From positions 288,001 through 352,000 of the forward strand of contig CAXWPH010000015.1 of NCBI GenBank assembly GCA_963666055.2: DNA of 64,000 bases, given 5' to 3'. Shown piece by piece: positions 52,966-63,904 of this stretch. The notes beneath the pieces are model-generated. The model was not told the DNA's origin and did no database searches. It saw only the letters and a program-made list of their open reading frames with translations. The stretch is from Acidobacteriota bacterium (GTDB taxonomy: Bacteria; Acidobacteriota; UBA890; WLXD01). The position numbers were made by a program, and so were the translations under genes. Position 1 is the stretch's first letter. The number at the start of each line of letters is the position of its first letter.

Positions 52966-54377
52966 CGCGGCCTCTCTAGCGCCAGACTGGCTCCCGCAGA
53001 TACAGCATGGTCGGAGCGAATCAAGATAGCCTCAAGTAGCGCCAGTCCCCAGGGTCCGAAGCGGTCGCTGAGCCTTCTGAAGCGCGACGGCTGATCCCAG
53101 CCGACAATGCTAAGGTCGGCCGGTGCGCTGACCGACGCACCTGCCACCACCCCGGACACGGTCTCGAGCGTTCCGTCAGAGTGGCTCTTGGTCCGCAACC
53201 GGGGTACTTCTTTACGGGCTTCCACGACCTGCGGGGTCAGCGTCCCGATAAAGTCGGTCCAGTCTGACTGATCCCATCCGGGCGGCGTGCTTGCAGCCTT
53301 GACCACGGTCAGAATCTCCTTCACCGCTTCGTCCTGCTCCGCCTGGTCGATGTCTTCATCCTCGTCGTTGATCCCCAACGCCGTGTCAATGAGCCCGCCG
53401 AGCCCAACGCCACACAGGCGCTTGATCGCTCTCGCATCGAGCGGCAATCCCCGGCCGAAGAGGGATACGTCCACGACGGGATCAGAAGCAGTTGGATTCC
53501 AGCCGAACGCATCCAGCAAGCCTCGATCTGTCGGCAAGATGACCTGATCGCCCGGCCGAAGGTCTGAAACCGAAGTCGCTTCCACCGTATGGCCGTCAGA
53601 GGTCAAGCGGCACAGATCGTTGTCGCCCAGGACGTCGCGCACTTCGCCAATCGGAACTTCGACCGCTTCACGATCCGTGGCGCGGGGCCACAACCGCTGA
53701 CCCTCTTGCGGCACATGGACGCGCCAGATCAACGACACCGAGTATTGCGGACCGGCGATACCGCTGAAGTACGGCTCGACGGGAGCTTCGCCATCAGGTG
53801 GAGTGGTCGTCTTCGTCCATTCCCATAGAATCCCGGGCAAGACCTCCGGCGCCCGACCGGGGACATCGTTTGGCGGCCCCAAGACTTCGGCCACTCGCCT
53901 CGGCGACAGCTCCACGGTACCGGTCCCTTCGTCGCCGCAAGCATCCTGCAATCTCTTGAGGACGCCTGCAGCCTCGCTGCCGTAGACCGGCCAAGTGTCG
54001 GAATCCCCTCCGTGGGGCTTGCCGCCGCGCCGCAGCTTGGGGGGCGGCAGATGCACATAAACAGCTTGCGCATGCTCGTATCGTCCTAGCCGATTCAGTC
54101 TGCCCAGCCGCTGTGTGAGCGCCCGCACACCGCACGCCTCCGTGACCAGATATTCTGCGTCGATGTCCGCACCGACCTCCAGGGTCTGGGTGGCGACCAC
54201 GATCAGATGGCGTTGCCGGCCAAGGCTGGCGTCGCGCTTCGCGTCCATGCCGTGTTCTCGATCGAGGATCTTCGCGCGTATCCGGTTGGCTTCCCGTTCG
54301 CGCGTGAGCCCAGTCAAGAGCAGCACATCGGCCGCTGCCCCCGTCATCAACTTGCGTAGACGGCCGAAGGTCTCCCG
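52962..54377 (-). pseudogene. cas3: Type I-G Cas3, 5'-truncated and lacking the HD core
   Basis: VATQTLEVGADID, QRLGRLNR; I-G-type tail RFGPWGLALLEAILIRSDH; no Walker A/B, no HD motif. Confidence 0.8.
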
Positions 54378-54379
54378 CC

Positions 54380-55250
54380 ACCTGGTACTCGGCCGCCTCT
54401 CTGGGCGGGACGATCTGCCGAATGTCCAGCACGAGGCGCCCCGAGCGGCTCAAACGTGGCGTACGCTCGCCTTCCGCGGGGTGGTGGCTCAGGTATCTAC
54501 AGCCTTGATCTCGATGCTGGTGGACGTCGTATACCGCTCTACCGCTCCGGTACGGTCGCAACCTGGCCGGTGTGGAGTCCGGACGGAGAGTGGGTCGCTT
54601 TCGTTTCCGTCTCCGACACCGGTTACAACGTGTTTCGAGTCCGTGCCGACGGGAGCGGGGACGTGGAGCAACTGACGTCCGCGCGCAATGTTCGTACCAT
54701 TGCGAGCTCCTGGTCCGTTGACGGTGTTCTTGCCATCGAGCAGGGCCCCAACAATCAGAGGGACATTCTCCTGCTGCCGATGGGCAATGGCGAGGAACAT
54801 GGGCTGCAGGAATTCCTCGTCGGCGAGTACAACGAGCGCGGAGCGAAGTTCTCCCCGGACGGCCGATGGCTCGCTTACACCTCCGATCGTTCAGGGCTCG
54901 ATCAGATCTGGGTCGTCCCTTACCCGGAGGGCGGCGCGCCCGTGCTCGTTTCAATCGGTGGCGGCAAGGAGCCCGCCTGGTCGCGCGCCGGTGCGGAGCT
55001 GTTCTACCGGAACAGTGACGAAATGTGGGTCGTCCCCTATGAGGCTGGCGCGACCTTCAACCCGGGCGACCCCGAGCTACTTTTTCGCGGTGACTATAGC
55101 TATGGATATGTCGACTGGTCCTTCAACTACGACGTCTACCCGGATGGACAGAGGTTCCTGATGGTGAAGGACGGCCCGGTGCCGAAGCTGCAGGTTCTGG
55201 TCAACTGGTTCGAGGAGTTGAAGCGGCGCGTACCTACGGGCGGCTCCTGA
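54380..55250 (+). pseudogene. C-terminal PD40/TolB-like propeller fragment of a Ser/Thr kinase
   Basis: WSPDG, FSPDGRWLAYTSD, YDVYPDGQRFL, NWFEELKR. Confidence 0.8.
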
Positions 55251-57553
55251 TGGTCGGCAAGACGCTCGGTCACTACGAGATTCTGTCCCCGCTCGGTGAA
55301 GGCGGCATGGGGCAGGTGTACCGAGCACGAGACACGACGCTGGATCGTGATGTCGCCATCAAGGTGCTGCCGGAGGACTTCGCCAGCGACCCTGCCCGGC
55401 TTGCTCGGTTCGAGCGCGAAGCAAAGCTGCTTGCCTCGCTGAACCACCCCAACATCGCCACCATCTTCGGCTTTGAGGAATCCGACGGTGTGCACTTCAT
55501 CGCCATGGAGTTGGTCGAGGGGCAGAGCCTCGCCGAGCGGATTGAAGCCTCTGGACGCATAGATGTCGATGAGGCGCTGGAGACCGCTCGCCGGATCGCT
55601 TTGGCGCTGGAAGCGGCTCACGAGGCTGGTGTCATCCATCGCGACCTCAAACCCGCCAACGTCCAGGTTGCGCCGGATGGAACGGTCAAGGTGCTCGACT
55701 TTGGTATCGCCAAGGTCCAGGAGCCCGAGGGGTCATCGGATCTGAGCCAGTCGCCCACCGCGATGTTGCCCACGGCGACCGGCGTGATCATGGGCACGGC
55801 TCCCTACATGAGCCCGGAGCAGGCTCGGGGTCAGCCAGTCGATAAGCGTACCGACATCTGGTCGTTCGGCTGTGTGCTTTACGAGATGCTGACAGGAGAC
55901 AGAGCGTTCGAGCGCGGGACGCATGCGGACACACTTAGTGCCATCCTCGGGCATGACCCCGGTTGGGACGATCTGCCGGCGGACGTACCTACCACCGTTC
56001 GAACTCTTGTGATTCGAACGCTTCAGAAAAATGCTAACCGTCGCCTGCGGGATATTGGCGATGCGCGGTTGGAGATCGAGGATGCCATAGACCACCGGGT
56101 CGGCCTTCGAGTGGCACGGCCGAGCCGGGGAGGGGCTGGTGGCGCGGTGGACATGGACACGGGCCACATCGACTCCATCGCCGTACTGCCGCTGACGAAT
56201 CTCTCGAACGACATCGAGCAGGAGTACTTCTCGGACGGCATGACCGAAGCATTGATCACCGACTTGGCCAAGATTCGGGCGCTCAAAGTGATCTCCCGGA
56301 CCTCGGTGATGCGCTACAAGGGATCCGATAAGCCCCTGCCCGAGATCGCTCGGGAGCTGGGAGTCAAAGGGATCGTCGAGGGCTCGGTGCTGCGCGCAGG
56401 CGACCGGGTTCGGATCACCGCTCAGCTCATTGATGCCGCCTCAGACACGCACCTCTGGGCCGAGAGCTACGACCGTGAGCTCCGGAACATCCTTTCCCTG
56501 CAAGGCGAAGTCGCTCACGCCATCGCTCAGGAAGTCAAGGTTAAGCTGACGCCCCAAGAGGAGACACGGCTCGTCAGCAAGAGCACTGTCAACCCAGCCG
56601 CGCACGAGGCCTATCTCAAGGGCCGTTACTTCTGGAATCAGCGCGGACCAGGATTGAAGAAATCGATCGAGTTGTTCGAACGCGCATTGGTCCACGATGA
56701 GCACTACGCTCCTGCATATGCCGGCTTGGCGGATGCCTACGCCTTGCTGGGGTTTTATGCTTACGCCCCCCCGCGAGAGGTCATGCTCAAGGCCAAGGCG
56801 GCGGCACTCAAGGCGCTGGAGATTGACGAGCACTTGGCGGAGGCGCACGCCTCTCTCGGCTATATCTACATGACTTTCGAGTGGGAGCGGGACAAGGCGG
56901 TCAGGGAACTGCAACGAGCCCTCGAGCTCAACCCGAGCTATGGCCCAGCGCACATCTGGTATGGCGTTTGGCTCTGGTCGGCAGGTCGCCTAGAGGAAGC
57001 TGATGCGGAGTTCAGACGTGGCTTGGAGCGGGATCCTTTGTCCGCCGTTATTCATACCCATTTGGGCATTGGTCTCATGCTGGCACACAAGTACGCGGAG
57101 GCTTCCCAGCAACTGCTCCAGGGTCTCGAGTTGGACCCCGACGACGCTGTCGCCCGTGCTTCACTGGGGTTGGCTTATCATTTCCAGTCGCGATTCGAAG
57201 ACGGCATCCGCGAGCTTCAGCGGGCCGTGGACTCGTCTGGACGACGCGCCTGGCCCCTGGGCACCCTCGGGATGGTCTATGCGGCCAACGGATACGCAGA
57301 GGAGGCTCAGACGGTCCTGTCAGAGCTGAAAGACAGAGCGCAGAAGGAATACATCGACGCTGTGTGGGTGGCCTCCATTCATGCCTTGCTTGGTGAGAAA
57401 GACGGGGCCTTTGAGTGGCTCGAGAGAGCTCTCGACGAACGGTCTTCCTTCGTCGGCACGTTTCAATGGACGCAGCCTCTTTCGGCGTTCGGAAGTCTCG
57501 CAGACGATGCCCGCTTCCACGACCTCGTGCGCCGCATCGGTAGCGGAGGGTGA
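55250..57553 (+). CDS. Ser/Thr protein kinase with TolB-N and TPR domains
   Basis: GEGGMG, VAIK, HRDLKPAN, DFG, YMSPEQ; SIAVLPL; TPR repeats. Confidence 0.92.
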   Translation: MVGKTLGHYEILSPLGEGGMGQVYRARDTTLDRDVAIKVLPEDFASDPARLARFEREAKLLASLNHPNIATIFGFEESDGVHFIAMELVEGQSLAERIEASGRIDVDEALETARRIALALEAAHEAGVIHRDLKPANVQVAPDGTVKVLDFGIAKVQEPEGSSDLSQSPTAMLPTATGVIMGTAPYMSPEQARGQPVDKRTDIWSFGCVLYEMLTGDRAFERGTHADTLSAILGHDPGWDDLPADVPTTVRTLVIRTLQKNANRRLRDIGDARLEIEDAIDHRVGLRVARPSRGGAGGAVDMDTGHIDSIAVLPLTNLSNDIEQEYFSDGMTEALITDLAKIRALKVISRTSVMRYKGSDKPLPEIARELGVKGIVEGSVLRAGDRVRITAQLIDAASDTHLWAESYDRELRNILSLQGEVAHAIAQEVKVKLTPQEETRLVSKSTVNPAAHEAYLKGRYFWNQRGPGLKKSIELFERALVHDEHYAPAYAGLADAYALLGFYAYAPPREVMLKAKAAALKALEIDEHLAEAHASLGYIYMTFEWERDKAVRELQRALELNPSYGPAHIWYGVWLWSAGRLEEADAEFRRGLERDPLSAVIHTHLGIGLMLAHKYAEASQQLLQGLELDPDDAVARASLGLAYHFQSRFEDGIRELQRAVDSSGRRAWPLGTLGMVYAANGYAEEAQTVLSELKDRAQKEYIDAVWVASIHALLGEKDGAFEWLERALDERSSFVGTFQWTQPLSAFGSLADDARFHDLVRRIGSGG

Positions 57554-58426
57554 AACGCATGCCAACCGATCCTCTCCTTGCCCCCGAGTTCCTGGAGCGC
57601 GTGCTCGCGAAGCTCCGCCTTATGGAGCGGCCGCGGCTCGACCTCGCAGGGCTCAAGAGCCTGTACGCCGCCTTTTGCGGTCGCGTGCCAGACGACAACA
57701 TCCAGAAGCGAATCTGGTTCGCTTCGGACCAGGAGACGCCGGTCACGGGGGGGGGGGGGGGGGGGGGGGGGGGAGCCCCAGGAGTTCTTTGAGAACTGGT
57801 TAGCGCACGGAACAGGGGGCACCTGCTGGCCCCAGAGCGGTGCGCTCTGCACCTTGCTGCAATCGGTCGGCTTCGGCGCGCGCCGCATCGCCGGGCGGAT
57901 CGTTCTAGACGAATACCCCGGCATCAACCATGGGTCGGTCGTCGTCACCCTGGACGGCGCAGACTACCTGACCGACGGTCAGATGGCCTTCTTCAACCCC
58001 CTGCCGCTCACGCCCGGCGTCCCCTCCCGGAGCGGTGCTGGCTTTCATGACATCGGCGCTGAACCTGTTGGGAGAGGCTTCGAAGCCACCTTCTATCCCG
58101 GCGCGAAACGTGAGACGCCGTTTTGCTTCCGCACTGATCCGGATCACGATCCGGTTGACCACGCTTTCTTTCTCGGCGGCTACGACCGGTCCAGGCACTC
58201 CTCTCCGTTCAACGACGCCCTCTACGTCTCCCGCCACTTTCCTGATTCCATCGTCACTCTGTTTCGGCACATCAAGATTACGGTCGCCTCCGACAATACG
58301 GTAACGAAGACAGAGATCAGCGATGCAGAGCGCAAGAAGGTCCTCGTCGAGGAGCTCGGCATCTCCCAGGAGATGGCGGAAGGGTTGCCTCCCGACGAGT
58401 CGGGCGGAGATGACTTTCTTCTGTGA
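57550..58426 (+). pseudogene. Arylamine N-acetyltransferase family protein, frameshifted at a G27 tract
   Basis: VPDDNI in the first frame; GGTCW, NHG, TDG (Cys-His-Asp) in the second. Confidence 0.75.
57747..57773 (+). repeat. Poly-G tract (27 nt)
   Basis: Direct count. Confidence 0.9.
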
Positions 58427-58535
58427 CCTGCCCCAGGTGTTTGGATCACTTCGTAACCTCATGGAATCGGTCATGAAAAGAGGTTGTTGGAGCCGACGGA
58501 GCGACCAGGAGGTCCCCGGTATGATCCTCGTCACC

Positions 58536-58640
58536 AACTGGTTCGAGGAATTGAACCGGCTCGTGCCCACGGACGGCTCCTGATGGTCGGCAAGACGCTC
58601 GGCCACTACGAGATCCTGTCCCCGCTCGGTGCAGGCGGCA
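58536..58640 (+). repeat. 105-bp copy of the kinase tail/kinase head junction at 55203-55307
   Basis: NWFEELNRLVPTDGS* + MVGKTLGHYEILSPLGAGG; colinear with the first copy. Confidence 0.85.
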
Positions 58641-58644
58641 GCCG

Positions 58645-59712
58645 ATGAGAACTTGCGTCTTGTGCGCAGCTCTTGTGGTCGGCGGGCATGTGAGCGCGGC
58701 CGTTGCGCAGACTCTCGAGGTAGGCATCATCGACTTTTACGGGCTGCGCGAGGTCGCCGAAAAGGACCTCAGAGGGGCACTCGGGGTAAGCGAGGGCGCC
58801 CAGCTTGACCGAGAGGATTGGGCCGCTAGCAAGTCAGACGTGGTGGCACGGCTGGAGGCACTGACGAATGTCGTTGCGGCCCGGATTCAGGCGGTCTGTT
58901 GCGACGAAGGCAAGGTGACCCTCTACCTCGGCATTCAGGAAGACGCACGTACCGTCTTCGAGTTGCACCCGGCGCCGCAGGCCGACGTGGTGCTCCCGGA
59001 CGAGATTGTCGCGACCGGAGAACGCTTCGCGCAGGCGATGATGGAGGCAATTCAAGCCGGGGACAGCGGCGACGATATGTCGCAAGGCCACTCGCTGGTA
59101 TCGAATCCGGTCATGCGCGCCGAGCAGGAGAAGCTCCTCGTGTACGCCGAGGAGTATCGACAGATCATTCGGGACGTCTTACGGAAGGCTGCTGACGACG
59201 ACCAGCGGGCGATCGCAGCATGGACGCTCGGCTACGCGGCCGACAAGGCAAGCGTCGTTGATGATCTTCTGTACGCCGTGAGGGACTCCAACGAAGTCGT
59301 TCGCAACAACGCCACGCGCGCGCTCGCAGCGATCGCTCAACTCGGCCAAGCGCAACCGGCGCTCGGGATCGAGATTCCGTTCGAGCCGTTCATCGACATG
59401 CTCAACTCGATCGAATGGAGCGACCGCAACAAGGCGGGGTTCGTCTTGAGGACGCTCACGGAGACAGGCGATCCTGAGCTGCTTGAACAACTACGCGAGC
59501 GCACCCTCGAGTCGCTTGCGGAGATGGCGCAGTGGAAGAGTTCGGGTCACGCGATGGCGTACTTCCTGATCCTCGGGCGAATCGCGGGCATGTCGGACGA
59601 GGAGATCTTCGAAGCGTTCAGCACCGGTGGACGCGCGGAGGCAGTAAACGCCTTGCTCGAGCTGATTGGAGCCCACGGGCCTTTGAAACCGCGTCTGCGA
59701 CTGGCAAGGTAG
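58645..59712 (+). CDS. Secreted HEAT-repeat protein
   Basis: Signal peptide; QRAIAAWTLGY, D.NEVVRNNATRAL. Confidence 0.65.
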   Translation: MRTCVLCAALVVGGHVSAAVAQTLEVGIIDFYGLREVAEKDLRGALGVSEGAQLDREDWAASKSDVVARLEALTNVVAARIQAVCCDEGKVTLYLGIQEDARTVFELHPAPQADVVLPDEIVATGERFAQAMMEAIQAGDSGDDMSQGHSLVSNPVMRAEQEKLLVYAEEYRQIIRDVLRKAADDDQRAIAAWTLGYAADKASVVDDLLYAVRDSNEVVRNNATRALAAIAQLGQAQPALGIEIPFEPFIDMLNSIEWSDRNKAGFVLRTLTETGDPELLEQLRERTLESLAEMAQWKSSGHAMAYFLILGRIAGMSDEEIFEAFSTGGRAEAVNALLELIGAHGPLKPRLRLAR

Positions 59713-59720
59713 CCGTCATC

Positions 59721-62195
59721 GTGGTCGGCAAGACACTCGGTCATTACGAGATCCTCGCCCCGCTCGGTGCAGGCGGCATGGGGCAGGTGTACCGAGCACG
59801 CGACACAACACTGGATCGTGATGTCGCCATCAAGGTACTGCCCGAGGACTTCGCCAGCGATGCCGGTCGGCTGGCTCGCTTCGAGCGCGAAGCCAAGCTG
59901 CTCGCATCGCTGAACCACCCGAACATCGCCACGATCTTCGGGTTCGAGGAATCCGACGGTGTGCGCTTCATCGCCATGGAGTTGGTGGAGGGTCAGAGTC
60001 TCGCCGAGCGCATTGAAGGCTCCGGGCGCATCGAGGTTGATGAGGCACTGGAGATCGCCCGCCGGATCGCCCTGGCGCTAGAAGCCGCTCACGAGGCCGG
60101 AGTCATACATCGCGACCTGAAGCCGGCCAACGTGCAGGTGGCACCTGATGGCACCGTCAAGGTGCTCGACTTCGGGTTGGCCAAAGCCTACGAAGTGGAC
60201 GGCACGGAACCGTCGTCCGACGTGAGCCATTCGCCCACTGCGATGATGCCCACGGCCACGGGCGTGATCATGGGCACGGCTCCCTACATGAGCCCCGAAC
60301 AGGCGCGGGGCACCCCGGTCGATAGGCGGAGCGACATCTGGTCGTTTGGCTGCGTGCTCTACGAGATGCTCACAGGGAAGGCGGTTTTCGGCGGCAAGAC
60401 CGTGAGCGATGTCATCGCTGCCATCATCGAGCGTGAGCCGGATTGGAGCAGTCTGCCCGACCGTCTGCATCCAAGGCTGAGGGAATTGCTCGAGCGTTGC
60501 CTGGCGAAAGACCCACGAAGCCGATGGCACGATATTGCCGACGTCCGGCTGGATGTTGAAGGAGTCCAGAGAGATCCACACGGCACGGAGCAAAGGTTGA
60601 CGCCCTTCGACCGGGGCAAGAAAAGAACCTCGTCGGTGTGGGCGCTGGCTAGCTTCGTGTTGGGCGCGGTTGCGACGGGTGTGGTGATGTGGAGCCTGCC
60701 AGGCGCTGTCGATACGGATACTCGTACGGTGCGCTTCTCTTACTCGCTGCCGCAGACTCAGACGTGGACAGTTCGTTTCGGCAACCTCTTGGCCGTCTCG
60801 CCGGATGGGAGCAGGGTCGCATACGTAGCAGATCAACAGCTCTATCTACGCGGGCTGGATCAGCTCGAGGGCACACCGCTTCCCGGAACCGACGGTGCCT
60901 CCAGCCCGTTCTTCTCGCCGGATGGCAACTGGGTGGGGTTCGCGACCGAAGGCAGACTGAAGAGAGTCTCGGTCGCGGGAGGCGCTCCACTCGATATCTC
61001 GGTCGCCTGGGGGATAACGGGCGCGACCTGGGGAAGGAACGACACCATTGTCTTCGGAGGCGGGGTCGGTTCCGGTCTACTGCAAGTACCCGTGTCAGGA
61101 GGCATACCGCAGCCGGTGACTTTTCCGGATCCCGAAAAGGGCGAGGTCCACCATGGCCTTCCCCAGATGTTGCCCGATGGGAAGACGGTGGTGTTTACGG
61201 TTGCGACCGGGGAGGGGTCTCGTCTCGCGCTACTGTCGTTGGAAACGGGCAGCTGGCGGGAACTCATGCCTGCCGGCTCGGGGGCTCAGTACTTATCTGC
61301 CGGGTACTTGCTGTTTTCTGATGAAGGCAATCTGCGCCTCGTCCCGTTTGACCTCGACGATGGCGAGGTGAACGACTCCATCGTTCCTGTATTGGATGGC
61401 ATCGAGTGGGAGAACGCTGCCGGTTTGGAATTAGCTTCTTTCGCCGTGTCGCCCGCCGGTAACTTGGCGTACATTCCCGGCGATCTGCGGTTTCCCCTGA
61501 CAACCCCGGTGTGGGTCGACCGCAACGGGCGCGAAACGAGCATCGACGTCGATCCGGCACTGTACCTGGGAGCGTATATCTCACCCGACGGCCGGCGAGT
61601 CGCCTTCACCCGCGTCGCAGCAGACGGAAATGGAATCGGCGACGTGTGGGTTCTCGAGCTCGGCGCAAATCGAATGATTCCGGTCGTTCGCGAAGGGGCT
61701 GTCTACAACGCTATCTGGACGCCGGACGGCGCTATGCTCACCTTTACGCGCAACGGCAATCTGTTTGAGACGTTCGTGGACCGTGACGGCGCACCCACGA
61801 ATCTCCTGAGGCGCGAGAACTACCAGTTTTCTCGGTCGTGGTCTCCGAATGGGCAGTACCTGGCGTTTGTCGACCTGACGGCAGCCGGATTGAGTATCTG
61901 GATCTTGTCCCGCGAGGGCGATCTGTCGCCGCTAATGGATTCGAATTCCACCTCGAATTCCACCTCGCCCCGGTTCTCTCCCCAAGGCGGCTGGCTTGCG
62001 TATCTTTCTGACGAATCTGGACAGCCAGAAGTCTACGTTCGCCGTCACCCGGGCTCCGACCGAGGCCAGAGAGTGTCGAGCGAAGGAGGGCTGCAGCCGG
62101 TTTGGTCAGTCGACGGAAGGGAACTGTTCTACCGGAGTGGAGATCGGATGATGGCGGTGGCGATCACAACGGAACCGGATCTCTCGATCGGGACG
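59721..62195 (+). CDS. Ser/Thr protein kinase with TM and PD40 propeller, 3'-truncated
   Basis: Kinase motifs nearly identical to the kinase at 55250; SPDG repeats; homology ends at ...PDLSIGT (frame open to 62708). Confidence 0.85.
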
Positions 62196-62444
62196 GCTCG
62201 TTGTAGTCGCGGCCGTCAGTCATCGCTCGACCTCCACAAGACTGCTCCTATCACAGAGAACCGTCAGCAGATCCTCCATGCTCATGATCGCGAGCAACTC
62301 ACTCCCCCTCCGTCGGTGTGGCATCCGCCGCCGCCTGATCCTCGGCGGTCAGCAGAAGCCCCACTCGCGCTCCCCGCGCTTGCTCTTGCGCCGCCTCGTG
62401 GCTCCACTCATGCGACCCCCTCTCGCTCCGCACTGGAGTGCGTA

Positions 62445-63377
62445 TCACTCGTAAACCGAGCGCTCGATGCTCCCTTCCCGTTGCCCGGTGCGCAGCTCCC
62501 GCCGGCGCTCCTCCAGCGTAAGGACTTCGAGCGAGTACTCGAGGCACCAATAGCACCGAAGGTGACCGGCATGCCGATAGCTCGCGCCGTAAGGGCCGTA
62601 CTCCCCGAAGCAAGGCCAGCACATCAACGGCGGGCGCCAGACGCGCTCGGCGTTGAAGTAGCCGCTGTGGCTCACCCAACCGTCGAGGTGCTCCCACGGC
62701 TCGCCTGACTGGCGGATTCGCTCCTCCAGCTCCCGCCGCCGGTCGCAGCACGGGCGGATCGTTTGGTCTGTAGAGATCGCATCCCACGCGACTCCCGATG
62801 GGAATGCGTATTGGCTCCACTCCAGGCCGAGTAAGCCGGCCATTTTCTCTGCTTGCGCAAGGTGCGCGAGGTATATCTCCGCTGCTGCTACGCGTTCATT
62901 GCCGCAATTCGAAACGACGACCAGGTGGTTCCACGTCGCTTCTTCAAGTAGCACGGCCTCTGTCATCGCTTCGACGTAACAGAACTTGTCAGGGTCCGCC
63001 CCTCCGAGGTCGCTCACGATCCGCGAGCGCAGCGACAAGGCCCTACCAACTGGGAGCCGGACACCCGTCGGCAGCGGACGCGGCCAGCCGCAGAACTTGA
63101 CGAAGAGATCGTGGTCCAGGAGCGACGAGTCGTGGCGGAGCGCAATCTCGGCGTCAACCCCACACCCAACAGAAAAACGTTCCTGCTCCGTGAGTTGAAG
63201 CGATGCCAGGATAGCGTCGAACGGAGCCGGCTTATCCCTGTGTTCCAAGAGCGGGCCCGCGAAGGCTTCAATCTGCTCGACGGGCAATGCCGGGCCCTCC
63301 GTCGCATAGTCAACCTGCGCCTCGGCGAACGCTTGCCGCTTCTCATCGAGGTCGATTCGCATCTCTTTGTCCATCAT
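62445..63377 (-). CDS. Hypothetical phage-like protein with Cys-rich C-terminus
   Basis: RBS GGAGGAG; ATGA coupling; CWPC...CYWC. Confidence 0.55.
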   Translation of the reverse strand: MMDKEMRIDLDEKRQAFAEAQVDYATEGPALPVEQIEAFAGPLLEHRDKPAPFDAILASLQLTEQERFSVGCGVDAEIALRHDSSLLDHDLFVKFCGWPRPLPTGVRLPVGRALSLRSRIVSDLGGADPDKFCYVEAMTEAVLLEEATWNHLVVVSNCGNERVAAAEIYLAHLAQAEKMAGLLGLEWSQYAFPSGVAWDAISTDQTIRPCCDRRRELEERIRQSGEPWEHLDGWVSHSGYFNAERVWRPPLMCWPCFGEYGPYGASYRHAGHLRCYWCLEYSLEVLTLEERRRELRTGQREGSIERSVYE

Positions 63378-63904
63378 GTCGCTCCTCCTATGTGTTTACT
63401 GTCCGGGCCACCAACTTCGTCTTCGACGGCGCTCCCGGCCGCCTCGTCCTCGTGTTCCTCTTCAGTCTCTTGCGACCGCGTGGCGATGTACTGAGCGAGC
63501 GTTGGCACTGAAGCCGGCGTTCGCGCCAGCCCCACGATCCGCAACCCGGCCATCACGCGATCGAATACGGACTCCCAGCGCTGGTGTGCCCGTCGAACCC
63601 TCCCGTCGTCTGTCAACGGGCCGCCCAGCTCGCACACTCGTTGAGCAATCCCTTCCTCTAGCACCGAGGCGCGCGCTAGCGCGGCGACCGCGATGCGCAT
63701 GGCCATCGGCGCCTCCTCTGGGTCGCTTTGCCCCTGATCAGCCAAGATGGCCTCGTACCGCCCCCGCACCAGCGCGGCGTGCTCTTGCCAGAATGCCGCC
63801 GACCGGGCGCCGTGGATCAGTGCGAGCGTGTTGCCAGCGATCACGTGCCCACCGGCGCACCGGTCGTCGTGCTCGGGGTGAGGCCCGGCCCCGCAACGGC
63901 ACAC
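63374..63904 (-). CDS. Hypothetical phage-like protein (start may lie upstream)
   Basis: CRCG...GNTLALIHGARS motif as seen in phage packaging-region small proteins. Confidence 0.5.
   Translation of the reverse strand: MCRCGAGPHPEHDDRCAGGHVIAGNTLALIHGARSAAFWQEHAALVRGRYEAILADQGQSDPEEAPMAMRIAVAALARASVLEEGIAQRVCELGGPLTDDGRVRRAHQRWESVFDRVMAGLRIVGLARTPASVPTLAQYIATRSQETEEEHEDEAAGSAVEDEVGGPDSKHIGGAT

Noticed and set aside
62196-62708. Pro-rich C-terminal extension of the kinase ORF
   Set aside because: Read-through across a junction into antisense phage-like sequence.
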